The notes: a model not told the origin generated them from the letters alone. Numbered from the stretch's first letter, positions 18,813-29,204 are shown. The stretch: 64,000 nucleotides of DNA from an uncultured Rhodothermales bacterium (GCA_965367755.1 CBDUKH010000002.1:21471-85470); one strand, 5' to 3'. A program made the numbers and translations.

Positions 18813-20048
18813 CTACGGGGAGACGACTTTTCTGTACGGTTCTGTCGCAACCCCAAGACTTTCATCTTTGGGTTCGGGCAGCAATTTCCAGACCAGCAGC
18901 GCCATTGCAAAGATGGCAAGGGCGCCCAGGTACGTATTGCTAACATATCCGTATCGAGTATAAGCAGGACCAGCGATGGCAGAACCGATGCCCATTCCGA
19001 CCTGGCCGATTGCAATAGCCAGGCTCATGAGCATGCCACGACGTTCCGATGTTACCAGCGCCGTCATGAGTGATTGAAGTGGACTGAATCGTAGAGCGAA
19101 CATTACCATGGCCATCGCGAACATGATGTACGCATACCACGCATTCGTAACGAAGTAGGTAGTCGCCACCATGATTATTCCAAGGCCAATGCACGAAATA
19201 ATGATTAGCGGCTTCCGACCGACCTGATCGGAAAGTCTTCCAGCAACAGGGCTCGACAGGACATTAGCGACACCGCCCACAACAAAAAGCACTTCCACCT
19301 GCCATGCCTTGAGGCCAATCACGTTTTCCAGCCACGTCGGGAAAAAGATGACGTAGAGTCCCAGGCTCAGAAACATGAGAAAGTACACCATCGAAGCTGC
19401 GAAGACTTCCGGTTTCTTGATCAGGTTGCCATACCGAAGAAAGACGCTGGAAAATGTAAGTTTCGACGTATCCCGTTCGACGTCCGGTTGTGGGACGAAG
19501 AACCACACCAGAAAAGCAGATACGGTCATTGTTATTGCGAACATCAGAAACGGCCACTTGAATCCGAGATTGTTCGCCAGAAACTTCCCGGCAGGAATTC
19601 CGAGAATCTGTCCGACCGCGACGCCGGACACGACCCAGCCGTTGGCCCACCCGCGCTTCTCATACGGAAAATAGTCGCCGACGTAGGCAACAGCGGCACC
19701 GCTCAGCATTCCGGCAGCAGCGCCTGCCAGGGCACGCATCGTTAGCAGGGAGACAAAACTATTTGCGACGCCGTGCAGGTACAGGGTTGCGGCGAGACTT
19801 GTAGTGCCAAGCAGCAATATCCGTCTCCGTCCGACTTTATCCGAGATAGGACCGATGAGCAGCGCCATCAAGCCAAGCATCACGGTATACGAGGTAATCA
19901 GCGTCCCCTGGAGTGATGACCTGATCGCCAGCTCCCTCGAAATCTCAGGCAGGATGGGCGCTACGATGATAACCTGGGCGCTGGCCGAAAACATCATCAG
20001 CCATAGCGCTAAAAGAATCAGGTTAGGATTGGATTTTTTACCCGGCAA
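18813..20048 (-). CDS. MFS transporter
   Basis: 411 aa with about 12 hydrophobic segments. GPISDKVGRRR and GRLSDQVGRKP loops match the MFS D-R-x-G-R-(K/R) motif in both halves. Confidence 0.85.
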   Translation of the reverse strand: MPGKKSNPNLILLALWLMMFSASAQVIIVAPILPEISRELAIRSSLQGTLITSYTVMLGLMALLIGPISDKVGRRRILLLGTTSLAATLYLHGVANSFVSLLTMRALAGAAAGMLSGAAVAYVGDYFPYEKRGWANGWVVSGVAVGQILGIPAGKFLANNLGFKWPFLMFAITMTVSAFLVWFFVPQPDVERDTSKLTFSSVFLRYGNLIKKPEVFAASMVYFLMFLSLGLYVIFFPTWLENVIGLKAWQVEVLFVVGGVANVLSSPVAGRLSDQVGRKPLIIISCIGLGIIMVATTYFVTNAWYAYIMFAMAMVMFALRFSPLQSLMTALVTSERRGMLMSLAIAIGQVGMGIGSAIAGPAYTRYGYVSNTYLGALAIFAMALLVWKLLPEPKDESLGVATEPYRKVVSP

Positions 20049-20295
20049 ATGTTTCTGACGGACTCGTCTAAGCCGGCCGCGTCGCTATTCTGAAAAAGCT
20101 GGTGTTCGGGGATACGAATATAGAAAGATTTGTTTCTTTCCGACTACTAATGATAAATACTCATTAAAACTCCCAATCTCGATGACGTCAATGCCTCGCC
20201 CGGACAGAACTTTTCCGATTCGGACGTCCTGCCGATACTACCAGTTGACTCACGCCCGCGCCTTCATTTTCGTATATTAACCACTCCCCACCACC

Positions 20296-20886
20296 ATGAA
20301 CATTCTCGACATGGCTGTTCAACCCGAGATCACCCAGCTCCTTGACCAACTCGCTGGCGGTAATAAAACTGTTGTAGACGAACTCCTGCCGAAAGTCTAC
20401 GAACAGTTGAAGTTGTTGGCTCGCAAGCAGTTGTCAGGTGAACGCAACGACCATACGTTGAACACGACGGCACTGGTTCACGAAGCCTATGTCAAACTCA
20501 TCGGGCAGAAGGAGGTGGACTGGCAGGGCCGTTCGCATTTTTTCGGCGTGGCCTCTCTGGCGATGCGCCGAATACTCATCAACTATGCGAACCAGCGATT
20601 GACGCAGAAGCGAGGTGGTGACGCTGTTGTCGCCACATTCGATGATGAGTTGATGGTCGCCGACTTCACCAGGGCAGAACATCTGGTGCAACTTGATGAC
20701 GCGTTGAACAAGTTGGAGAAAATCAACGAACGCGCGGCCAATGTTGTCACCATGCGCTACTTTGGTGGACTGAAGCAAACGGAAATCGCAGACGCCCTTG
20801 GCGTATCCGAAGTCACCGTTCGTCGTGATTGGCGATTTGCAAAAGCCTGGCTCACTCGAGAACTGCAGGAATCGCCCCAGAATTGA
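20296..20886 (+). CDS. ECF-type sigma-70 factor (kinase-associated, TIGR02999-like)
   Basis: LLPKVYEQLKLLARKQL...TALVHEAYVKL...WQGRSHFFGVASLAMRRILINYA...KRGG, with a region-4 HTH (QTEIADALGVSEVTVRRDW). No anti-sigma gene is adjacent; a Ser/Thr kinase lies immediately downstream. Confidence 0.85.
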   Translation: MNILDMAVQPEITQLLDQLAGGNKTVVDELLPKVYEQLKLLARKQLSGERNDHTLNTTALVHEAYVKLIGQKEVDWQGRSHFFGVASLAMRRILINYANQRLTQKRGGDAVVATFDDELMVADFTRAEHLVQLDDALNKLEKINERAANVVTMRYFGGLKQTEIADALGVSEVTVRRDWRFAKAWLTRELQESPQN

Positions 20887-20978
20887 TGTTTTTAGAATCT
20901 CATGACCGGTCGGCCCTGGTTTTCCTGCGTTAAATAGTTGGTAGGCAATCCCAAACGCTTTCAGAAACCGAATTCGCA

Positions 20979-23675
20979 ATGACCGCAAAATGGTGGGATG
21001 AGATCCAGAATATCTTCGAGGATGCGTTGGAATTACCTGCAGACCAGCGCGCCTCGTTCGTCGAATCGCAGGCCGGTGGCGACCGGAAGCTGATTGACGA
21101 AGTGATGTCTCTCCTTCAGGCGTATGAAGGCGATACTGATATTCTTTCAGGGAATGCATTTTCCATTCTTGTCCCCGAAGCGTCGGAAGTCGCCGAAGAA
21201 GGTGAAATCTTTGGTCCATACCGAATTCTGAAAAAGGTCGGCATCGGCGGCATGGGTACAGTGTACCTCGCAGAACGTGCGGACGGGTCGTTCGACCAGC
21301 AGGTTGCTATCAAGGTTGTCAAAAAAGGGATGGATAGCGAACTGGTATTGGAGCGCTTCAAATTCGAACGACAGGTCCTTGCCAAACTCCAACACCCGAA
21401 CATTGCACGCCTCCTCGACGGCGGCGTCACTACCGATGGCCGTCCATTCTTTGTCATGGAGTACGTGGTTGGCGAAACAATTACCGCGTACGCAGACCGA
21501 TTACAATTGTCAATCGGGGATCGCCTTCGACTCTTTACACACGTTTGTAAAGCAATCCATCACGCGCACAAGAACCTGGTTGTTCATCGGGACTTGAAGC
21601 CCAGCAATATTCTGGTTAACCCCGATGGTGTCGTCAAACTTCTGGACTTCGGTATCGCTAAAGTTCTTGACGAAACTGAAGATCCTTCTCTCACGCGCAC
21701 TGGACAGAATGTACTCACGCCCGCGTACGCATCCCCCGAGCAACTTACGTCGGCAGACATCACAACCTCTTCAGACGTCTATTCACTTGGTGTAATCCTC
21801 TACGAACTACTGTCAGGAAGGCGACCATTCGAAGTAAAACGGTCACGCGAAGAGTTGCGTCAGCTGGTGCTGTCTACTGATCCCGACCGCCCCAGCACGG
21901 CGATCCTAAAGACGGGAGCCGCCGAGGAACTGGACGCCGACCCGCTATCACCCGAGACGGTCTCCAGGTCGCGTGGCACAAAAATCGAAAAGCTCAAGCG
22001 ACAACTGTCTGGAGACCTGGATAAGATTTGCCTCATGGCTCTTCGCAAGGAACCGGAGCGTCGCTATACATCCGCCGAAGAGTTTGCGTCGGACATCAAG
22101 AGGCACCTCGATGGTCTTACCGTATACGCGCAGCCCGACTCCGTCAGCTATCGGACACAAAAATTTCTTGCCCGACATAAAGTAGGTGTCGGCATTGCAG
22201 GAGCCGTCTTCGTTGGGTTCCTGACGCTCGTGGCTTTCTACACAAATCGCGTGGAGAATGAACGCGACATCGCGCTCGATGAGCAAGCCAAGACCAACGA
22301 GGTCGTCAAGTTTGTCACTGGCCTGTTTGAGTATGCTGACCCCGACAATTCTCGTGGCGAAGAAATTACGATTCAGGAAATTCTCGACGAAGGTGCCGAG
22401 CAAATAAGAACCGACCTTAACGACCGACCAGAAATTCAGTCGACGCTCAAACGCGTCCTTGGTGAAGTCTACTACGGAATCGGCAACATCGATGCGGCGG
22501 ACAGTCTCTTAAATGAAGCTCTTGATCAGCAAAATAACCAACCGAATATATCACCTCTTGAACTGGCTCAAACGCAGATCGCTCTCGGCATCATCAGACA
22601 AGATCTCGGGGACCTGGACGTTGCGGATTCACTCTTTCGGGAATCTCTCAAAATACGCCTGGACGAAAATGGGCCATTGGATGCGGACGTCGCTGAAAGC
22701 AAGAGCGCCCTCGGCTACCTGTATGAAACGAACGGTCGATACGCTGCTGCTGAATCGTTATATCTGGAAGTGCTGACTGCGAACCTGGCAGTTGCTAACG
22801 GAGCACCCGACAATCGGGTAGCCGAATCGTATCAGTTCCTTGCTGGCTTGTATCGATTGTCCGACCGTTCCGACGAGGCAGAAACCTACCTCCGGGCGGC
22901 ACTGGATGTACAGAACGAATTGTTTGGTGGGGACCACCTGGAGATTGCTGAGACCAAACGTCACCTCGCCGCTGTTCTGCGGGACAGCGATCGCTATGTT
23001 GAATCGGATAGCCTATTCAAACAGGTGCTTGAAATGCGAACGCGAATGCTGGGTCCCACCCATCCCGAAGTCGGTAACACCTGGAACAGCTATTCGACTC
23101 TCCTGGCAAAAATGGGCGACGACAGCGGAGCGATCGCAGCCAACAAGAAGATGATGGATATCCTGATGGTCAACACGTCTGGCCCTTCCGCCAGCCTCGC
23201 CGCAGCGTATAACAATCGAGCGGTATTGTTGAGAGATTCAGGAGATATCGAGGGTGCTCGCGAGCATTACAGAAAATCCATCGAGATACAGGACGCGATT
23301 GGCCTCGACGCCAGACATCCCAATAGAGCTTTTCCACTAATAGGAATTTCCGGACTGTACGAGCGCGAGGGTAACTACGAAGCAGCGATCCGCATTCAGC
23401 GCGACGTCCTCGCACTACGCCGTGAAGCCCTGACTTCGGCGCATCGTCACACCATGGATACTGCAAGTGACCTCGCTGCCAATCTGACGTCGACAGGTGA
23501 GTTTGACGAAGCTGAAGCGTTGCTTACAGAGGCGTTTAAATACTTCTCAGCCAAGAGGGGTATCGAGGACTGGCGAACACAGCGCACCGTTTCTCGACTT
23601 GTTACTCTGTACGAGCAACAGGAACGTGGCGACGAAGCTGCGGAGTACCAGACGTTGCTGGTTCAGAAACAGTAA
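20979..23675 (+). CDS. Ser/Thr protein kinase with one TM segment and a long C-terminal TPR region
   Basis: Hanks kinase motifs GIGGMGTVYLA, AIKV, HRDLKPSNIL, DFGIAK, SPEQ. TM helix VGVGIAGAVFVGFLTLVAFY. About 450 aa of TPR-like repeats follow. Confidence 0.9.
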   Translation: MTAKWWDEIQNIFEDALELPADQRASFVESQAGGDRKLIDEVMSLLQAYEGDTDILSGNAFSILVPEASEVAEEGEIFGPYRILKKVGIGGMGTVYLAERADGSFDQQVAIKVVKKGMDSELVLERFKFERQVLAKLQHPNIARLLDGGVTTDGRPFFVMEYVVGETITAYADRLQLSIGDRLRLFTHVCKAIHHAHKNLVVHRDLKPSNILVNPDGVVKLLDFGIAKVLDETEDPSLTRTGQNVLTPAYASPEQLTSADITTSSDVYSLGVILYELLSGRRPFEVKRSREELRQLVLSTDPDRPSTAILKTGAAEELDADPLSPETVSRSRGTKIEKLKRQLSGDLDKICLMALRKEPERRYTSAEEFASDIKRHLDGLTVYAQPDSVSYRTQKFLARHKVGVGIAGAVFVGFLTLVAFYTNRVENERDIALDEQAKTNEVVKFVTGLFEYADPDNSRGEEITIQEILDEGAEQIRTDLNDRPEIQSTLKRVLGEVYYGIGNIDAADSLLNEALDQQNNQPNISPLELAQTQIALGIIRQDLGDLDVADSLFRESLKIRLDENGPLDADVAESKSALGYLYETNGRYAAAESLYLEVLTANLAVANGAPDNRVAESYQFLAGLYRLSDRSDEAETYLRAALDVQNELFGGDHLEIAETKRHLAAVLRDSDRYVESDSLFKQVLEMRTRMLGPTHPEVGNTWNSYSTLLAKMGDDSGAIAANKKMMDILMVNTSGPSASLAAAYNNRAVLLRDSGDIEGAREHYRKSIEIQDAIGLDARHPNRAFPLIGISGLYEREGNYEAAIRIQRDVLALRREALTSAHRHTMDTASDLAANLTSTGEFDEAEALLTEAFKYFSAKRGIEDWRTQRTVSRLVTLYEQQERGDEAAEYQTLLVQKQ

Positions 23676-23694
23676 CGTCTTCGAAGGTAGAGAG

Positions 23695-24294
23695 CTAGTC
23701 GTTGCCGTCGTAGCGTTTCTGCATCCACGTCTTCATCGCCTTACACTGATCGGCACTCCAGCCTCGCGCGATAAAGATATCGAAATCGGCGACTGCGCTG
23801 TTCAGCTCTTCACGGGATTGCATTCGATACAGAGCCCAACGGTAAAATTCTCTCGCCTTCTCAATATCGCCAGAGAGCAGCTTCGCATGCCCCATATTTA
23901 ATGGCCATGAATATACCGAGTTATCCAGATTCATTGCTTTCTCGGAAATGGCGTATGCGTCGTCAAAGCGTCCAGCGAGAAGAAGTGAATATCCGTAGTT
24001 GCCGAAGCCTCCGTCAAAAAGAGGAGCTAGTTCGGTGACTCTGCGATAATCTTCCAGGGCTCGATCGTTCTGATCTTCTGACCATAAATTTCCCCTGTTC
24101 CAGTAGGCATCCGCATGCTCCGGATCTGCCTCGATCACCTTCGTATACAACTCAATTGCCTTGTTAAACTCACCACTATCGTGTGCTTCTACCGCTTTTT
24201 GATACGCAGCATCTACTGTCGACTGTGCAACAGCACCAGTTGTCAAGAGAATGGCCATGAACGGCACGACTTTCCAAAACTTCATCAAATTCAT
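23695..24294 (-). CDS. secreted TPR-repeat protein
   Basis: Signal peptide MNLMKFWKVVPFMAILLTTGAVAQS, followed by TPR units (AIELYTKVIEADPEHADAYWNRG...). The ORF extends to 24315; ATG 24294 is preferred. Confidence 0.7.
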   Translation of the reverse strand: MNLMKFWKVVPFMAILLTTGAVAQSTVDAAYQKAVEAHDSGEFNKAIELYTKVIEADPEHADAYWNRGNLWSEDQNDRALEDYRRVTELAPLFDGGFGNYGYSLLLAGRFDDAYAISEKAMNLDNSVYSWPLNMGHAKLLSGDIEKAREFYRWALYRMQSREELNSAVADFDIFIARGWSADQCKAMKTWMQKRYDGND

Positions 24295-24385
24295 CCTTCC
24301 GGGGTTTTCCTGCATTGATTATCAGACAGACGTCAACGCGCAAGGACGTTTCAGGATTCAACAATGAAATTGCCCCGTGGTAAAG

Positions 24386-26674
24386 CTATCGGGTTGGCGG
24401 AATAGCTTCGGGCCGACTGAAGGGTGTGGTACCAGGTACATTTCTGGACAGTTTGCGAGCAGGTAAGTCTCTCGAGTTGGTGTCGTCCCGGAAAGACGTC
24501 AGTCCGGAAGGAGCTGAGTCTCGACTCTCACTCACAAGTGGAAGCGTAACTGTAAATATTGAACCTTCTCCTTTCCTGCTGCTGACCTCAATAGTGCCGT
24601 TCATTACCTCGATCAATTTTCGAGTAATCGACAGCCCCATACCTGAGCCTTCGTAAGAGCGAGATGGACCGTTGGACTCCTGTTTGAAGTCATCGAAGAT
24701 GAACGGGATGAATTGATCTGAAATACCGATGCCGGTATCTTCGACTTCGATCCTCATGGTCGTTAGCGTACTGGAGAGTCGAACCACCACCCCTCCCCGG
24801 TCCGTAAACTTGATGGCATTACCAACAAGATTATTAAGAATCCGATCCAGGCCTGCCTTATCTATCTCGCCGAGTAGAGGTGTTTCAGTACCTTCCGTCG
24901 ACAAACCAATGCCACGTCGGATTGCCAGGGGCTGCAGCAATGCGACTGAATCATTTATCATCGTGGCGATGTCGAGAGATTCGGGTTCGACCTGGACATT
25001 GTTTGATTCGAGTCGAGCCAGGTCGAGGACAGAATTGATCGTCTCCAAAAGCCTCTTACCACTTTGTTCGATGAGCTCGAGAAATTCGCTTTGACTGCCT
25101 TCGATTTCTTCACCGAGGATCTGAGCAAACCCGATGATTGAGGTCAGCGGTGTTCGAATCTCATGACTCATGTTTGTGAGGAAGGCCGATTTCAGGCGAA
25201 CCAGCTCTTCGGCATGTTCTTTAGCCGAAAGGATCTCGGTTTCGTAGTTCTTGCGCTCCTCAACAATCCGATGCTGATTTATTCCGAGGGCGAGGAGGTC
25301 GGCGAACTCCGAGATAGTTTCTACAACTTCGCCTTTGAAGGAGACTGGCTTGTATGCACCAAAAATCATGACACCCAGTATCTCGTCGCGCGCCGCGAGC
25401 GGTACACACGTATAAGATTTTATGTCCAGCGTACGAATCCAGGCGTCCAGCTGAGGGTCTCCTACCACGATATCTATGTGATCCGAACATACGGGATCGG
25501 GCCAGTTCCATTGACGCCGTTTGAACGGACTATTTGCAAGGGCCTCGTCCGGATTGTCGATTCCCAGCGTGGCCAGCTGACCGACGTGCCCAGTTAGCTG
25601 ATTAAACTCAACTACGAGGGCGATGTCGAAGTCGACGAGGTCGACCAGGCGGGTTAATGTCTCACCGGCGATGGCCTCGACGGGTTCTGACAGAAGAGTC
25701 ATTCGTTCCAGTTCTACCATTGTCCGAAGTCGCTCGGTATAGCGGCGCAAGGATTGCTCAGATTTCTTTCTCTCGGTAACATCGCGAAGGACGCTTTGTG
25801 CTGCCTGTTGCCCCCTGAAGACGGCGGGTACGGCGTGGAGCTCGACGTTACGGACGACACCGTCGATACCTTCGATCTCGAATTCGAGGGGCGGCTGAGA
25901 CTCCGATCCGATTGACTGGGCCGCCAGTTGATTTGAGACCTCCTCGCGCAAATTCTCAGGGAGAAACTTACTCAGCGGGACGCCTCGAACGCGGTCCAAT
26001 GTTTCTCCTCCGAGTATGCTTAGCCCGGATGGATTTACATACGCGATTGTTTCGCCTACTGTTATCACGATGGCATCGGGATTCTTCTCCACCAGTTTCA
26101 TCCAACGCAGTTCGCTTTCTTTTAGTGCGGCCTCCGTCTCCTTGTGCTTCTCAATTTCGTCAGCAAGATTTCCTTGCTTCTCTTTCAGATTCGCGTTCAG
26201 TTTTTCGAGGTCCAGATACGCCGCATGCATCGCGTCTTCAAACAACGTTTTGTATCGTTGTTCACTTTCTCGAATCTCTTTGTTGCGACCTCTGTGGAAC
26301 AGAATTTCCTTATCTCGATTCTCTACCTCGCGTACGATCTTCCGATTTGATTGCCTCTGCTTGATGTAAGAAATGATCAAGAGGACGCTGGAGAGTGCCA
26401 GCAGAAACACGGCTGCGTCGGGCCGGAGAATATTCGCCACAGTTCGAAATCCTTCGACCACCTCGGCTCGAAAGAACACCCCGGCAACAATCGCCGTTAG
26501 TACAATTGTTGCAATGCTAATAAGTGAAGGCAGCATCCCACTGGCGCGGATGAAGCCCTGACCCCTGTCAGTCATCGGGAGGTTTATTTGTTCGTTGTTT
26601 TTACCTCGTTTAGCGTGATCTGCAGGGTTACATACCGCCAAATTTGAGGTCTTCAATGTATCGACTAACTTCAA
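24386..26674 (-). CDS. membrane sensor histidine kinase (TM-coiled coil-PAS-GAF-HisKA-HATPase)
   Basis: H-box SHEIRTPLTSIIGF, N-box LNNLVGNAIKF, G-boxes DTGIGI and GSGMGL, with PAS-like and GAF-like segments upstream. No cognate response regulator is adjacent. Confidence 0.88.
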   Translation of the reverse strand: MKLVDTLKTSNLAVCNPADHAKRGKNNEQINLPMTDRGQGFIRASGMLPSLISIATIVLTAIVAGVFFRAEVVEGFRTVANILRPDAAVFLLALSSVLLIISYIKQRQSNRKIVREVENRDKEILFHRGRNKEIRESEQRYKTLFEDAMHAAYLDLEKLNANLKEKQGNLADEIEKHKETEAALKESELRWMKLVEKNPDAIVITVGETIAYVNPSGLSILGGETLDRVRGVPLSKFLPENLREEVSNQLAAQSIGSESQPPLEFEIEGIDGVVRNVELHAVPAVFRGQQAAQSVLRDVTERKKSEQSLRRYTERLRTMVELERMTLLSEPVEAIAGETLTRLVDLVDFDIALVVEFNQLTGHVGQLATLGIDNPDEALANSPFKRRQWNWPDPVCSDHIDIVVGDPQLDAWIRTLDIKSYTCVPLAARDEILGVMIFGAYKPVSFKGEVVETISEFADLLALGINQHRIVEERKNYETEILSAKEHAEELVRLKSAFLTNMSHEIRTPLTSIIGFAQILGEEIEGSQSEFLELIEQSGKRLLETINSVLDLARLESNNVQVEPESLDIATMINDSVALLQPLAIRRGIGLSTEGTETPLLGEIDKAGLDRILNNLVGNAIKFTDRGGVVVRLSSTLTTMRIEVEDTGIGISDQFIPFIFDDFKQESNGPSRSYEGSGMGLSITRKLIEVMNGTIEVSSRKGEGSIFTVTLPLVSESRDSAPSGLTSFRDDTNSRDLPARKLSRNVPGTTPFSRPEAIPPTR

Positions 26675-26741
26675 GTGGCCTAAACCGACCGGTTTGGCGC
26701 CATGAACACCCGCAATCGCCGTTTAACTTGATTTTTGCAGT

Positions 26742-28526
26742 ATGAAGTACAGATGGTTACATCGTGGAATTGAAGACAACGAACCGGTGTCCCGTCTCCA
26801 AGAGCAGCTTAACGGCCTTCCGGAGCCTCTCGTTAGATCTCTGGTGCTGCGGGGAATAGATTCATTCGAGCGCGCGCGACTCTTCTTTCGGCCTGACAGA
26901 TCTGCCCTGCATGACCCGTTTCTTATGGCAGATATGCATGTTGCTGTCGCACGGATTATCAAAGCACGCGAAGATGGTGAGAAGGTCCTTGTCTACGGGG
27001 ATTACGACGTTGATGGCACGACATCTGTCGCACTCCTCAGTTCCTTCCTGACGTCGATTGGCATCGAGAGCACGTATTTTATCCCGAATCGAATCACACA
27101 CGGCTACGGGCTCTGCAATGCAGGTATCGACCGTGCCACAGAAAATGATGCGAGCCTTGTAATCGCTCTTGACTGCGGTATTACCGCAATCGACCAGGCA
27201 GCTTATGCCAGTGAAAAAGGGTTGGAATTGATTATCTGCGATCATCACACTCCGCCGGAAATTTTACCGGAAGCGGTCGCCATATTGAATCCCAAACGCG
27301 TTGACTGCTCCTATCCTTTTAAAGAACTCTCGGCTTGCGGAGTCGTCTTCAAACTAGTTCAGGCGCTGACTTCAGAACTGGGGCTTCCGGAGGAAAATGC
27401 AGACGAATATCTGGACCTCGTTGCGCTGTCAATAGGTGCTGACATCGTTCCAGTGCAGGATGAAAATCGAATCCTGATGTCTCTTGGTATCGATCGCATA
27501 CGAAAGGGGCCACGTGAGGGAATCAAACAACTTGCAGTAGTCAGTGGATTGAACGTCGCTGAGTGCAGCACGGGTCAGGTTGTCTTCGGATTTGCGCCGC
27601 GCATCAACGCAGCTGGTCGCGTCGATGATGCATCAATCGCAGTAGACCTGCTCATGACCCGGGATCTGACAGAGGCCCGCGTAAAAGCGAATGTTCTGGA
27701 AGAATTGAATGATCAACGACGGGCAATAGACCAGACTACGTTACTGCAGGCAAATACCATGGCCGAGCGGATGGTGTTGTCGCGAGAGCGGCACGGGTTG
27801 GTTCTCTTTAACGACTGCTGGCATCCCGGTGTCATCGGTATTACGGCGAGCCGGATTGTAGAGAGATTCTACCGACCGGCAATTTTATTAACTGAAGTGG
27901 ATGGTGTCGTAAAAGGTTCTGCCCGATCAATTTCGGGAATCAACATTTACGATGCACTCGCAGCCTGCAGTGATTTGTTGCTTCAGTTCGGGGGTCATGA
28001 TTTCGCGGCCGGGATGTCGCTTGAAGTGGGCAATGTAGATGAGTTTCGCGACCGTTTCAATGATGAGGTTGGCAAGAGAATGAAGGCGGAGTTGATGATA
28101 CCGTCTATTCGGATTGATGCTGATCTGGACCCGGCGAATATCTCGCCCCGCTTCTGGGCGGTCCTCAAGCAGTTTGAGCCGTTTGGTCCCGGGAATAGTC
28201 GGCCTATTTATCTTGGTACAGGATTGGAGGTTGTCGGCAAACCCAAAGTAATAGGCAAATCAAAGAGTCACCTTAAGTTTAACGTCAGGGGTGGAGCGAG
28301 TTCGTCTCGCCCGTATTCGGTAATCGGGTTCGACATGGGTGGTCATCTGCAGACATTACAGCGATGTATGGAATCAGGCAGCGGTATCGACCTGTTATTT
28401 TCAATAGAGGAGAATGTCTGGAACGGAACCCGTAGCCTTCAACTGCGAGCTCGCGACATCAAGGCGAGTGATCTGTCAACCACGGTGGGGCACGGTCAGC
28501 AGGAGGTTGGTGAGGTTACTACCTGA
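26742..28526 (+). CDS. recJ: single-stranded-DNA-specific exonuclease RecJ
   Basis: DHH motifs (VYGDYDVDGTTS, DCGI, ICDHH) and a DHHA1 motif (GGHDFAAG), 594 aa. Confidence 0.92.
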   Translation: MKYRWLHRGIEDNEPVSRLQEQLNGLPEPLVRSLVLRGIDSFERARLFFRPDRSALHDPFLMADMHVAVARIIKAREDGEKVLVYGDYDVDGTTSVALLSSFLTSIGIESTYFIPNRITHGYGLCNAGIDRATENDASLVIALDCGITAIDQAAYASEKGLELIICDHHTPPEILPEAVAILNPKRVDCSYPFKELSACGVVFKLVQALTSELGLPEENADEYLDLVALSIGADIVPVQDENRILMSLGIDRIRKGPREGIKQLAVVSGLNVAECSTGQVVFGFAPRINAAGRVDDASIAVDLLMTRDLTEARVKANVLEELNDQRRAIDQTTLLQANTMAERMVLSRERHGLVLFNDCWHPGVIGITASRIVERFYRPAILLTEVDGVVKGSARSISGINIYDALAACSDLLLQFGGHDFAAGMSLEVGNVDEFRDRFNDEVGKRMKAELMIPSIRIDADLDPANISPRFWAVLKQFEPFGPGNSRPIYLGTGLEVVGKPKVIGKSKSHLKFNVRGGASSSRPYSVIGFDMGGHLQTLQRCMESGSGIDLLFSIEENVWNGTRSLQLRARDIKASDLSTTVGHGQQEVGEVTT

Positions 28527-28595
28527 TGTCCTTTCTTCGCGTTGACTGGCATTTCTCAATCTAATGTCCTTAATTCGGGGATGCTTTTTGCCAAA

Positions 28596-28615
28596 AAACC
28601 CGAGTTTACGGGTTT
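28596..28615 (+). terminator. weak hairpin downstream of recJ
   Basis: aaacccg-agttta-cgggttt is a 7-bp stem, but only a short T run follows. Confidence 0.3.
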
Positions 28616-28652
28616 AGGTCTACAATATTTGACAACCATACCGTTTTAAAAC

Positions 28653-29045
28653 ATGAAAAACGACAAACTGTCACGGCGCGATTTCTTTGTTCGCGCCACC
28701 GCTGTCGGTGCAGTTACCGTCGGTTCGGGTACAATACTGGCTGCTTGTGGTGGTGGTGACTCACAGTCTGCTGACAATGCTCCGCCGCCACCTGCCAATG
28801 ACACTTCTGGTGATACAATGGCTTCCGCCGATTGTACGGATGTCTCCGCACTCACGGATGCTGAAAAGCAGACGAGGACGTCATTGCAATATGTTGATCA
28901 AACGGCTAATCCGGATCAGCGTTGTGATAACTGCCAGCTATATGTGGCGGCTACTGGCGATTCAGCGTGTGGCACCTGTCAGATTATTAAGGGCCCGATT
29001 AACCCGGCGGGGTATTGTATTTCCTGGGCTGCCGTACAGGCTTAG
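28653..29045 (+). CDS. high-potential iron-sulfur protein (HiPIP) with a Tat signal
   Basis: Twin-arginine signal SRRDFFVRATAVGA, and a C-terminal Cys pattern CDNCQLY...CGTCQ...GYCISWA typical of HiPIP. Confidence 0.8.
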   Translation: MKNDKLSRRDFFVRATAVGAVTVGSGTILAACGGGDSQSADNAPPPPANDTSGDTMASADCTDVSALTDAEKQTRTSLQYVDQTANPDQRCDNCQLYVAATGDSACGTCQIIKGPINPAGYCISWAAVQA

Positions 29046-29072
29046 GTAATCGATAATATTAGATCAGGCAAA

Positions 29073-29106
29073 GGGTCGAACCGGAACGGTTCGACCCTTT
29101 TCGTTT
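29073..29106 (+). terminator. Rho-independent terminator after the HiPIP gene
   Basis: gggtcgaaccg-gaa-cggttcgaccc is a perfect 11-bp stem, followed by ttttcgtttt. Confidence 0.85.
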
Positions 29107-29204
29107 TCTTAACATCCTTTAATAGCCCCCTTCGCGGCGCCGACTCCATTTCTTCTGCGCAACATCGCTGGTAAGCGCTATATTCAGAATCATCGAATTT
29201 CATT

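Noticed and set aside
28687-29049. 120-aa alternative-frame ORF overlapping the HiPIP gene
   Set aside because: It is in a different frame on the same DNA. Its translation lacks a signal peptide or any motif, whereas the 28653..29045 frame has both a Tat signal and the HiPIP Cys pattern.
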